64,000 nucleotides of DNA from the human T2T-CHM13v2.0 reference genome, Homo sapiens, in NCBI RefSeq assembly GCF_009914755.1, contig NC_060930.1; one strand, 5' to 3'. The notes under the pieces are model-generated. The model worked only from the letters and a program-made list of their open reading frames with translations, had not been told where the DNA came from and ran no database searches. The stretch's first letter is position 1. Every line of letters begins with the position of its first letter. Shown piece by piece: positions 41,617 to 55,731 of the stretch. The position numbers were made by a program, and so were the translations under genes.

Positions 41617-41677
41617 ACCTATCTATCTATCTATCTATATCTTGGTTCTGTTTCACCAGAGAACCCTGACTAATACA
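40835..41677 (+). mobile_element. MLT2B-type ERVL LTR with expanded internal TCTA repeat
   Basis: GGGTGCCCAGATAGCTGGTAAAAC...GAGAACCCTGACTAATACA; TSD ATAGA/ATAGG. Confidence 0.9.
41231..41640. repeat. Compound (TCTA/TATC)n microsatellite, about 410 bp
   Basis: Direct reading; purest run near 41573-41615. Confidence 0.95.
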
Positions 41678-42689
41678 ATAGGGCACTCAATGCTGCACCT
41701 TTGTCCCTTCTCCCAGAGCAACCTCTCTGTCTTAGAAGTTTCAACATACCTCCAAACCAGCCTTCAGCAACACCTTTCACAGAGCCTCTGTGTAGGTCTT
41801 TGGAGTCATTTTAATGCTTTCTGAGGCAGGAGCCCCTCCTTTGAGTTACTCTGCAATTCACTTCCTTTTGATGAGACAGGCAGGTGTGAATGGAATTAAT
41901 TTTTGGTCCCCATAATTCTTGTATTCATTTACCAGCTAGATACACTGTAGTTGTTCCTTATTTCCTCCCACTTTTACAACTGCTGGCTGGAAATTCTCTC
42001 TTCTTTCTGCCATGCAAGTGTTATGTGATCTTCAGTGGGACTGCTTGTCTGTATTCTACTGTGGGCTTCTGCTCTTTCTTTCACTCTGTATGCAGTCCCA
42101 GAATCCCAGGCCACAGCACAGAAGGATATCTACCACAGCCAGAGGAGCCTGGGGCGTACTTATTTCATAGCTAATGTTAGGAGGATAAACTTAACTTGTT
42201 TATAAATATGGATGGGTACTGGTGTCCTGTTACTGGGTACTCTAAAAAAGACTGCATCACCACCCTCTAGGTTTTTTTACTTTATAGTGATATCAGGAAA
42301 TTAATGCAACACATTCCCTTTAATAATGATTATACCCATACTGTAAACTATAAAGAAAAATGTCCAAAGAATACCTTTGAGAAGCATGAAGCCAGAAAGC
42401 AACTTAAGGAATTCTAATTCAGTTTGGCTACCATTTTATAGTACATACATGTGCAACCCTTTCTACTCTTATTTCTTTAACTGATGTACTTTTGCAGTGT
42501 TGTTTCTCGGTTTTTTAGGCCTATCCACATTCGTGTTGGTCCCTGGGGTCAGCATGTCATATGCAATGATTTCTTGCACAATGCCGTATTCAGATACATG
42601 TGGAAGATATGTTTTCTCAATTTCAGTTGATTGATTAGCAGATATCTTTTTGGTTTTGTGGCAAGGGGGATGGTTAAAATATAGGTCTT

Positions 42690-42830
42690 TCCCTGAATAC
42701 CAGTGCCTGATATTATGTAATACATTAAGCTATTTATCTGTTTATCATTTTCTCTCCCTACCCCACACTGGAATGTAACTTTATAAGTACAGACATTGAC
42801 TGTTTAATTCACTGTATAAACTTATTGCCC
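42690..42830 (+). mobile_element. L2 fragment
   Basis: CCCACACTGGAATGTAAC...TTCACTGTATA. Confidence 0.5.
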
Positions 42831-42834
42831 AGAA

Positions 42835-44960
42835 AAGCAGAATATCATGAACAAGTTATGTTCATCACAAGAGCTTAACAGTTGATTCACATTGGAAAAT
42901 GGATTAATGTAATTCGCCACATTAATGAATAAAAGAGAAAAACCATATGATTATTGCTTTAGATGCATTAAGAACATTAGGTACAATTTCACATCCATTC
43001 ATGATAAAAGACTTCTATCAAAGTAGGATAGAAAGGAATCTTCTTCAGCTGATATAGTTTACCTAGAAGAAAAAGTGTAGCATATATAAAACTTTATTTA
43101 AAGGCAGTCAATAAAACATAAAGAGAGAGATCACCTTTGTTCACACAGCGGGACTCGGTTTTGTTAATGTGTCCGTTGCCCTCAATTGATATCTAGATTC
43201 AATGTAATTGCAGTGAAAGCCCCAACAAAGGTTTTCATGCTTCAAAAGCAGATTCTAACATACATTGGGAAGGGCAAAAGGACCAATAATAGTAAAAAAT
43301 ACTCTTGGGAAGAAAAAGGTAAGGGAATTTGGCTTAGCAGATATCAAAACGATATATAAGGCAGTGATATATAAGGCAATGAGGTATTTATGTAGGAAAA
43401 ACAGAGTCACATATATGGGTATAAGGTGACAACATAATACAGAAGTGGCATTGGAGATAAGTGGCTAAAAAAAGATGGATCGTCTCATAAATGGTGCTTA
43501 TTCCTAAGTAAACAAACAAAATTGGATTCTTCTTTGCAACATGCATGAAGCTAAATTCCAGAAAAATTATATATCTATATGTGAAGAGCAAAATATTCAA
43601 AGTTGTAAGTATAGTATAGAAACATATCTTTATATTCCTATGGTAGAGATTTCTTAATTTGAAAAGCAGTATCCATAACAAATTGATAAATTCAACTTTG
43701 TTAAAATTAAGAACTTTTTGACACACAAATATCTGTCAAATTTAGTGTCCAAAATATATAAATTCTAAAAATTGAAAAAATTATATAAAATAATTGTTTA
43801 AAATAGATGGACCTAAGGAGGAGGGAAAATGCAAATGTTTAACAAGTTTATATAAACATGCTTTCTGTCTTATTAGCAATTGGAGAAATACAATAAATGT
43901 TTTAAAACACCATGTAATAGATTGGCAAAAGTTTAAAACTTTCACAATTTAATGACGATGCTGGGCAAAGGGACCTTTTATTCTCTATTGATGAAAATTT
44001 AAACAAAGCCAATCACTTAAGAAGACAATTTATCATTGTCTTGCAACTTTAAACATGTAACAGCTTCACGTAGTAGAGACGTCAGGGCCCTACCTCCATC
44101 CTCTTGGCCAACCCTATTGCTGACTGCAGGTGAGATGAACAGGCTCCATACACGCTGATAGCTTCTCAAGCATCTGCCAGGATTTGCTTGGCCTGACAGT
44201 GCCAGAGCATGAAATACCTCCAGAGCCACACTGCACACTGAGGGGTAAGAAGTGGTGGATAAATAGCCCAGCTTTCTTTCTCCTTGGAGGGATAATTCTG
44301 AGGTAGGTTTAACAGTCTCTTGAATGTTTCCAGTGGAATTGGTTCCAGCTGCCCACAGCAGTAACCACACATGAATATACCATTTATTGGCATTTCATCC
44401 TTCCTTGCTGTGTTTCCCCACTCCCTCACTTTGCTTCCTGTAATAATCTTCCAAAAAAAAACTCCTATGCATGGAATTATTTGTCTCAGGACCTGGATTT
44501 TGTGGAATCCAAGCTAAAATACTTTATGTTCTAGCAGATCCCCTCCTGGATAAATACCCTAGAGCAATTCTTGCACGCCTACCCCCTAGAAGAAATTATG
44601 ACACTGTTAATAGCAGCATGTGATAAGAAAAAAAAAATCTAGAAACAACTAAATGCCCATTAATGAAAGAATGGATAGATTGTGATGTAGTCACTTAATA
44701 AAATACTGTACATGTGTAAATATTAGTGATCTACAGATGTATTAATTGACCTCAATACATTTTAGAAGCATAATGTTGAGTGGAAGAAGATACTGAGAAC
44801 ACATACAGTATTTTTTTATTAAATTCAGAAACAAGTTGAATAATATTCTGGCATTGGTTCTATTATATTTCTAGGTTAGGTGGTAGGTTCATGGGTTTTT
44901 GTTTTAATATCATGCTTCATGGCTCATATATTTATTGATAAAAAATGAAAAAAAGGACAC
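42835..44960 (+). mobile_element. Heavily deleted L1ME (ORF2 remnants plus 3'UTR)
   Basis: AAAAACCATATGATTA, CATCCATTCATGATAAAA, CTAGAAACAACTAAATGCCCAT. Confidence 0.75.
44070..44521 (+). mobile_element. LTR16C-like ERVL LTR
   Basis: GGTGGATAAATAGCCCAGC...GCTGCCCACAGCAGTAACC...TTCCCCACTCCCTCAC...TTGTCTCAGG. Confidence 0.82.
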
Positions 44961-46654
44961 ATCTCAGATACAATAAAAACATTTATTACATCTCATGTTT
45001 TATTTTGTGGAAAGTTTGTGATACCATGTACTAAAATACATCAGTCAAGGGATATGGTTATTATACCTAAAGGCTTTATATATTTTCATGGGTTTTCTAG
45101 TTCATGTTTTAAATATTGCAAAATCTGTGAGATTTATGAAGACTCTTTCATAGGGAAAATCCACTTTAAACATCTCTACAGTTTCGCTAGGTATCTTCAA
45201 ATAGAATAGAATTTCAGTGTGATAAATTAGACTCCTTAGTTCCATAGCTGACGTATAGCTGGCATATCCCATTGATGTTCTAATATGTGATATGTTCAAA
45301 TATGTGATAACACATTTTGATTTCTTATAATGCTTAGTCCCATATGGTCCTAAACTATTACGACCTTTGTCATGCTTGGGATTTGTGGAAATTTCACAGT
45401 GGTAAGGGTTGTGACATTACACGCTGAATTACTAAAATCACGCAGCGCAAAGTGACTTGCACATGAAAAGTGCACCTTGGTGCTGAATTTCCTATTTTTT
45501 TCTACTTGAAAGTGTATGGTCTTATTTATAAAGTAAAGTATTTATATGCTTTACATAACAAAGTCTCTTCTTTTACCACATTTATAAATTAGCTGAGTCA
45601 TATTTAACAAAAAGACTGGTCTAACTTTCTAAGTTTAAGTCAATTTTAAAATCTGAAATTGTATATGATGAAAATGAGACCCAATTCAGTATCAAAAACA
45701 GGTGGCCAAAGTCACAAGGGAATTATGCGGAAAGGGTAGATATGATGTAAAGAAAGACATGTGTTATCTTCCAAAATACTATCACTACTAATAAAAAGCC
45801 ATTGCACAAGCCAAAAAAATATATTAATCTGTTTTGAAGAATGTGTCTGATAATAATGAGATTCAACAATACATAAAATAAAAAGAGATATAAACTGGAA
45901 CTCTACCCAGCTAACTTCCTGGTTTCTGTAATTGAATGTGCAAATAACTAATTTAAAATGATTCAGTGGAGGATTAGAATGGATTGTAAATCCTGGATTT
46001 GTGATTTGAATAGTGATGATAGAGCCGAGAATGTTTAGAAGGAACAGAAACCCTACCCTAACTTGTACAGAGTAATAATCACTGTGTACCTTGTCCTGTC
46101 TAATTCCTATAAGGATGGAAAATGAAAACATGGCCAGTATTTGCAAAAAAAATAAATAGAGATGTATGTCCACTTTGGGACATGCATACACAGGGATAAA
46201 GACTGCACTGGATGAATCAGAACACCTTTCCAATCCTTTCCTTTGCTTTCCAAATGCATACAATCTTCATTTTTGTCCAAGAAAAAGAGAGAAGAGCTAT
46301 GGATTTGGTATTTCTTTTCTACCATGTTTATGAATTTTCAAAAGGATACTTTTGATGTTAGATAAAAAAGACAAAACAAAGAGAAAAAATTGCTTTGAGG
46401 TAGAAAAATTCTTTGACATGCCATTTCTGTGCTAATAAATGATGAAAAGTTTGGAAAGTGATGAGAAGGTTGACTTTTATTGTGTACTTATTTATGCCAG
46501 GTATTGTGAGACAATGACTAAATTCCTTTTCTCTTTCTAAAACTCTTTTGTAAAAGTTGGAATCTGGAAGCAGCACAATATTAATAACAATCTCTCGCAT
46601 TCACATAAAGCTTTATAATTTATGAAGCAGTCCTTCTTACCTAGGGAGAAGGAA

Positions 46655-46865
46655 ACTTTATTTACTGTATGCTGACTACATGCAGAAGCATGGAGGTTTT
46701 ATGCATTAAAAAATTTACTCATGATATATTCAAGAGATGGGTATTATTTCTGCCATATTTCAGATGACAAAGCAGAGATGTTACAAAATGTGAGTGGATT
46801 GTTCAAAGTCACAACCAGCAAGTTGTTGAAGTTGAGTTTCAAACTCAGAACTTCTCACTCTGCTG
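46655..46865 (-). mobile_element. MIR SINE
   Basis: GGTATTATT...TTTCAGATGACAAAGCAGAG...TTGTTCAAAGTCACA...TTTCAAACTCAG. Confidence 0.7.
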
Positions 46866-47067
46866 GAGAGGCTCTTTTTGGCGTGGGCAGTGGCTAAGCC
46901 AGGAGGTAGCTATCAAGATACCTAATATCTGCAACTTATAAAATGGCAACCCTGCAGGGTTTTGTTGTCCAAGTTTCTGCGTTTGGCATCAAAAGTATTC
47001 AATAAACTTGATTCACTCTGTTTCATGTGTGCCTACAATAAAAGTGTTCATAAAAATTGCCATTGTG

Positions 47068-47392
47068 AGCTGTGCATGGTGGCTCACACCTGTAATCCCA
47101 GCACTTCGGGAGGCTGAGGCAGGCAGATCACTTGTGGTCAGGAGTTCGAGACCAGCCTGGCCAACATGGTGAAAGCCCATATCTACTAAAAATACTACAT
47201 ATATATATATATATATATATATTGCTGGGCGTGTTAGTGGGCACCTGTAATCCCAACTACTCACGGGGGTGGCTGAGGCAGGAGAATCGCTTGAACCTGG
47301 GGAGGAAGAAGTTTCAGTGAGCTGAGATGATGTCACTGCACTTCAGCCCGGGCGACAGAGGGAGATTCCATCTCAGAAATAAATAAATAAAT
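47068..47392 (+). mobile_element. Alu, S-type (Sz/Sx), with (AT)n in the central linker
   Basis: Dimeric Alu; (AT)n 47199-47222; TSD approx. AAAATTGCCATTGTG/AAAATGTCATTGTG. Confidence 0.93.
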
Positions 47393-48154
47393 AGAAAATG
47401 TCATTGTGATTTTTAAGAAGAAAATGTCCTTCATTTTCAATTATTTTGCAAGTGAGATTCCTGCCTCTTTGGATAATAACAGTGACTCACAATAAATCTG
47501 TTCCAACCTGTTTAAAAGTCCACATTTATAGAAACAGAGACTTGGCCTAAAAGAGAAGAACCCACAATAAGGAGAAAGAGATGACAGCACCTCTTACTTA
47601 AAATATTGAACGATTTGAGGGAAATGGAATTCAGAGTTCCCTTTTAAATAACAGCTGGAAACTCATGAGTCTAGAAAAATAAAGGACAAGGTTTGATATT
47701 TCAGAAATCACATCTCCCATCTTGCTGAGGAATTCTGCTCATACTCTCAAATATGAACTACGATGAGCTTTGAGAAGATTCTAACCACTTGCCCCACCAC
47801 TATGCATACTCTACTTAATTTGGCACAATTCAAAGACTATTTCCTGTGTAAAAATGGAAAATGAAAGGAAAAAAATGTCCCTTTTCAAAAGACTGTGCCA
47901 TTAAAATATGACATGTTGGAGAAATCCTGCCACAGACAATGTCTACTTGTTTCTGGGATGTGCTTAGTTTTCCCAGTTAGTAATATTGATTATTTCTCTT
48001 TATCCATTTGATTTTTCCTAATGCAGAAGTTTCTAGGAAGTAACCTGACTGTGATTTAAAAAATATCCCCTTTCACATTTCTCTGAATTTAACTTTAGGA
48101 TATACAGGATGGCCATAAAAAAAACCCCAGTTCATGTAAGTACTTGAATGTTAC

Positions 48155-48236
48155 CTGCTCTATCAAGTATGCACCACATTTGAAAGAAACAACTGGCATA
48201 TTTCTTTGCTTATGTGTTTGACAAACCATACTTCGG
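48155..48236 (-). ncRNA. Candidate 82-nt exon (alternative acceptor would extend to 48297)
   Basis: tttcatctcactccatcttcttcag|CCGAAG...GAGCAG|gtaaca. Confidence 0.25.
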
Positions 48237-48728
48237 CTGAAGAAGATGGAGTGAGATGAAATGATGAAAGACAGGAACACAGAAGCTGAAAAGTGACCTA
48301 GAAATCTTAATTTTAGCAATCATAGCTGTGTCTGAATTTAAGTTTACAGCAGCGGGGGTGAAATTATAGTACAAATTACCATGCTAGGCCAGAGAAATTA
48401 TTCTCTGCTGCATGGTTATTAAGTGATAGATAAATAAATAACACTGTAGGACTGATTGACAAAATATAAGTGACCTAAAAGCTAAAAGGGGCACCATGCA
48501 AATAGTACTGTGTAATCACAAGGCATTTTAAAACTGAAATGAGATTTGTCACAGCAGAGAAATCTTAAAATGATATCTGCTTGAGCCATCACTAAAGTCA
48601 TTTATAGGAGTCCTGAATCTCAAGGATCTTGCAACCCAATGGCCACATATTAGTGTTTATTTTTATTTTGGAAAAGGGCTACAGGTGAGCCATGGTGAAT
48701 ACAGCATGGACCTTAGTTGTTTTCAAAT

Positions 48729-48816
48729 GCCGTATTTCAGCAATTTTTAAGGACTTTTTTTCACATCTTAACATCTCTGATATCCAGTGATTTCTTAGAT
48801 TTGATTAAATGTGGTA
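48729..48816. mobile_element. MER104-like (TcMar-Tc2) miniature DNA transposon
   Basis: CCGTATTTCA...TTTTTTCACATCTTAACATCTCTGA...CTTAGATTTGATTAAATGTGG with degenerate terminal inverted repeats. Confidence 0.6.
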
Positions 48817-49357
48817 GTAATGACAGGTATACATGAGCTCTTCCATATCATCTTCTATCTTGCTTGTTAAAAGATTTAAGTCCATTAGCATTAAAGGTGA
48901 AATTTACACCATCAAAAGCTATGTCCACATGTTGCACTTGGCATTAGCTTTCTTGGGCTTTGTTAGCTGACGGAACTCCCTGGCCCTAAACAACGCTGGA
49001 ATGCAGTGAAATGAGAAAGCATGGTAGGAAACAGGACCAGTGTAGCCACTCCACCGGGTGGTGAGGATAACCACTTGAGGAAGCACCCAGTCAGTACTGT
49101 TGAACCATCTGTTTCCTTTTTAAATTATTTGAGAGTCTCGATATTATCCAGTGATACTAAATGTGATTCACATAGAGGATCTGGCTTTTGAATTTTACCA
49201 ATGCGCTTTTGGTTTAGTTTATTGATGAACAGATGTTTGGGTCCTTGGAAGTTGTAATATCCTCTGCTATCTTTGTTCTCCCAAAGCTAAATAAGATAGG
49301 GACACAAGACTGACTCTTACGTATTCAAAATTATACAGCATTTACAAAGGGACAATT

Positions 49358-49641
49358 GGCATGGTGGCCTACGTCTGTAATCCTAGCACTTTGGGAGGCT
49401 GAGGAGGGTGGATCACTTGAGGTCAGGAGTTTGAGGCCAGCTTGCCAACATGGTGAAACCCCATCTCTACTAAAAATACAAAATTAGCGGGGCATGGTGG
49501 CAGGTGCCTGTAATCCCAGCTCCTCAGGATGCTGAGGCTGGAGAATCGCTTGACCCGGGAGGCGGAGGTTGCAGTGAGCCAAGATCTCGCCACTGCCTCA
49601 GACAGAGTGAGACTCTGCCAAAAAAAAAAAAAAAAAAAAAA
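49358..49641 (+). mobile_element. Alu, S-type (Sz/Sx), small 3' deletion
   Basis: GGATCACTTGAGGTCAGGAG...GCCACTGCCTCAGACAGAG; polyA tail. Confidence 0.92.
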
Positions 49642-51014
49642 GAAGTAATAAATAAAAGTTTAGTCATCTAGCCTATAGAATGAGGACATTTAACAAAGCA
49701 AAACCTTTGTAATGGGTTTCTCTGAGAGCTGAAACTTTCATTTCTGGTGCAAGCATTGAAGCTTATATCATGTGACTTTGCCACCAGAATGAGGACCAGT
49801 AGGAAATGGTTGATTAATTTGTCAAAATGGGAGGTTCCGAGAGGTCAAACTTACAAATTGTACTAACTTTAATAAAATACTAATCTTTGCTTTAAAAAAA
49901 TTTGAAGGTCAAGATATGGTATAAAATCGTATTTGTTGAGTCTTCTTCGCTAACTATAGACTACAGATTATCTTCCATAATCTAGTCTAGTTTTCCTTTC
50001 TCTGCTCCCAAGGACAAGCACATTTACAGATAAGAATACATATGTCTAAACTAAACAATAGGCCTATGATCATGCTGAGGTGCATGAAAGGAAGGACACC
50101 TGATTCCGGGTCCAGTACTTTTGATGATGGTATCCGTTTGGGATCTGAAAATGCATATTTGTTTGGTTCACATGCAAAAATGTGGAATATCTGACAACTT
50201 GTGAGTTTGTTCTCTTTGTGCTACTTCTTGTATGATCAAGAATAGATTTTAATAATTTATAACTTTTGGCCTATCTTTAATCCCTTCTATTATTTTATAT
50301 TATTTACTAACAAATTGTCCTCTCAACAAAATGTTTAGTGCATTCTCTTAGAACATTATAGCTCATTATCAATGTTAACATCTCCTTTCCAGGAAAATGT
50401 TCAATTTGCTATTAGAAATGACACAATTTACTGCAAGTTCAGAAAACCCATAATGATGGATAATGCTTCAGAGGACAGCCCTAGAGCAGCATTTTGCCCC
50501 TTGGGGAGTGTGTATCTGACATTTGACACACGGGCTGGCCTGGGCACATTTTTGGCCTTGAATTACTATACTTAACTTGCTTGTTTAGTGTTAAAATCTG
50601 GATTTATACAAAAAGTTAGTTTTAAAACAGATCTTTAGAAAAAGTCTTAGTAAAAATTAGAAACTAGTTGAGGATTATCTTGGGTTCTAACTGCTTCTAC
50701 CTAATGTTTGAGTTCCCTTCCTCCTTTTTTCTTTGCTTTTTAGTAATCTTATTCCTATCAAATACCCAGTTCGTTCATTCTTTCTGCGATTTATCCAGCT
50801 TCCTACTGTATTGGACAAGACCTTCCCTCATATCGATGCTTAGAAATTAAACGCCTTGTTTTCTCAGAGTTCTGATTTTCTACTTGCTGAATGGATGAAT
50901 TCAACAGTGATAATAGAATAACATCTACTAACCGACTCTTTCACACTCTAGTTGCACTCGAACTGGAGGCTATCTGACACATTTTAGGTTTGGGTCCACA
51001 GAGCCAATACTTAC

Positions 51015-51214
51015 TTAGAAGACCTTGATTTCTGTCAAGTGCAAACTGCTTCTCTGCAGATGGCACTGTAGGACATGGCATTTGCTTTAAGAAGTGGCTT
51101 TAATGTAGAGTCTTCATGGTATGCTGTAAGTCTGTAAACACAATGGCAGTGAGTCATGACGCATTCTGGAATCCTCCATCCCACCATGTCAGCAGCTAAG
51201 TGATCACCACAAGA
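51015..51214 (-). ncRNA. Strong candidate 200-nt exon
   Basis: Branch-like ctaat about 30 nt upstream, ctttctttatcttacttcccag| acceptor, TAA|gtaagt donor, unique DNA. Confidence 0.45.
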
Positions 51215-51741
51215 CTGGGAAGTAAGATAAAGAAAGGATGTATTAGAAAAAACACAAAGATTCAAATTGTACGAGACTTAGTTCATGGGTTTCAATAACT
51301 CTGTCTTCTATACTTTCCAAACATTTTCTTTTTAAATATTTTGTTTTACAATATTTACAAGTCATGTAAGTGTCACAGAAAACAGAAACATTTTTAGCAT
51401 CCTTTTGTCAGTTCCAGTCTGGCCCTTACATCTGGAAGTTTATTTACTTGCTTATGTGTGTATCAAAGCAATACACGCCTATAGTTTAAAAAGAAAGAAA
51501 GAAAACAAATTGTATTAAAATCTTCTAACAAATGTAAACTATTCCCTGCTTCACCCTTTCTCAATCTCATTTCCTGGAAGCATGTTTCTAATATCATTTG
51601 CTATTTCATAATCTATTTATTTTAGATGTTACTTACTGACTTCTTATTTTAAGAGAAGAGGGGAAATATCCTCTCTCCAGTTACCTATCTTTTTCCTCTA
51701 AAAAGTTACATCATCATATTTGGTTGAAATATTGTTAAAGA

Positions 51742-52123
<382 letters not shown>

Positions 52124-52903
52124 CTACTTTTCATTCTTATGTAAGTATTATTACTTGTTCTCTTTCCCCTGGTCCTTTTAGCCTCATTTCTTTGTTCATA
52201 CTGTTTTTTCTTAACCTTCATTTTCTGCTTCCTCTGACTACTTGTTACTCTGGAATTAGCAATTGCTTTGGTTTTTATATGCTTAGATTTCTATATATCT
52301 ACTAGAAATTTTTTTATATATTTGTCAAATCACTATGAATTTTTTTCTGAATATTCCTTTTAACAGCCTTATTTCTCATGAAATGGACTAATAGTCTCTT
52401 TTTTCTAATACAATATTAGTGAGCCTAAGTTGAAGTTTTCTTCTGCTCCCTGTATTGTCCCTTTATCTTGAGTACATTATAGTGTTTATTTATTTTGATT
52501 CTGCCTTTCATGTTGGAGACTTTCCTATAATCTATGATGATTTTGGCTGCCATTCAGATTGAAAAATACATCACTAAGAAAATGACTGGAGGAGCCTATT
52601 TGCATGGAAAGAGTTTGTTATATGAGAGAGCTGCACTCTAGAGTGATAAAATAATAAATTGGCATTTTCATGTAGGCATGTAAATGTCCATTTCTGTGGA
52701 GTCTACTCTTGGGACAATTTAGTTTCTCCAAAAAGGGATCCTTGCTATCAGTATGAAAATCCCAACCCACACAGAGCACGTTTGTCACTGGCTGTGTGGA
52801 GGATGGGAAGGTATCTGGGTACCTAACCCTTCCTTACACAGACATCCAGTCAATGCCTCTGTATTCAGCCTTGAAACTCTCACCACTTTCCAGTTCACCT
52901 TGA

Positions 52904-53395
<492 letters not shown>

Positions 53396-54254
53396 TGAGG
53401 GTATATTCTTTAAAAAAAATTCTCTTATTATTTTAGTGGAATTCCAGAGGCAAGCATATATAAAGATATGCGCTCAATTGATTGATTGTTTTTAACTGGT
53501 TGTCCCAGCACATATATTGAATGGCCAAGAGAGGCTGGAGTAGCATCTATTTATTTCATGTTTTTATCACAACACTATAGTTACTTGTGTTATAGGTAGA
53601 AATAGATAACTTACTGTGTTGCGATAATACCAGATTATGCTAAGCGATAAATTGTATTATAAGTTTGAGATATTTTCCATCTGATTATTATATTTATAAT
53701 AAGACTAAAGTAATTAGAGACTGTTAGCAATTCAACTGTGAAATAAAATTTTTCAATTAATTATATTTTGCATTTGGGGATAACTTTAAGAATACTCTGA
53801 AATCAGAATCTATTCAAAATAAAAAAATCAGTTGCCACCTGCAAGTTCTAATTGATGCCAATTGCAACTATCTTTAATATCACACAACTAAAACCTATAG
53901 AAATAAACAGGAAATCAAAAGTAAATGCAATTTACTTATAAATAAAGGGAGTAAAGAAGAATTTTATGGAAAATATATTATGCCTACTGACATTCGTAAC
54001 CAACTTTAAATGTTGGATTTGTCCAAGCAGTTTCATTGTTCTCACATTGATTTTATAAGTAAAAAATGTTATAAATTTGAACTTAAAAGTAAATAACATA
54101 GCACTTTAATCTGTTTTATAAGATGAGTTTCTACATGAACATTCTGGTTGGAAAAAAATGTTTCTTGACCAAAACAAAAGAGAGAGAAAGAAACAGAAAG
54201 GAGAAAATGTTTGCAAACCAGACAATGATCTTAAGTTCCTTTCCAGTTCTACAA

Positions 54255-54400
54255 TTTTATCATTGTAAGTCTCTTAAATTACTCTGTTTCACTTCATCTG
54301 TAAAATCACAATAATAATACCTACTTTTACAGAACTATGAATATCAAATTAGGTACTGTATGGGGAGCTATAAATTCCTTTAGATGTGTAATTTATTATT
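54255..54400 (+). mobile_element. MIR fragment
   Basis: TTCATCTGTAAAATCACAATAATAATACCTAC. Confidence 0.65.
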
Positions 54401-54671
54401 AATAATCAAATCTGTGGAAATAAGCAAAAAGTCCATGAAATTATAATAGAACATGCAATTTTCTCGTTCCTCTCCTGATATTTATATACAGAGTTGTCCT
54501 TCTATGTCTTCTTACATTTTTTAATCCTAACCTAAATAGTAGTGTAGCTTTAGTCACATGGTCGAAGTACGTTTGCTGTCAAACGCTGCTTCCCACAGAA
54601 GAAGCTCATGAGTATAATTATGCAGTTGTGCATTTTTATCAGTAGTGACATCCTTTTGCCAGAAGATTTCA

Positions 54672-55181
<510 letters not shown>

Positions 55182-55300
55182 GAAGTGTTCATTCAGTTGG
55201 TTTTTATGGCCTTCAGTGAATCTGCCAGAAATTCTGAGCATATATACTCAATAATTTCAAATGTTCTTTGTAGTTTCTTATGTAGAAAAAATGGTAATAG

Positions 55301-55731
<431 letters not shown>

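Noticed and set aside
41321-41673. Tyr/Leu/Ser/Ile-rich ORFs
   Set aside because: Read-through of the TCTA microsatellite
45712-46263. Longest ORF in the track (183 aa, minus)
   Set aside because: Starts at TTG; F/I/L-rich composition typical of AT-rich non-coding DNA; no recognisable domain
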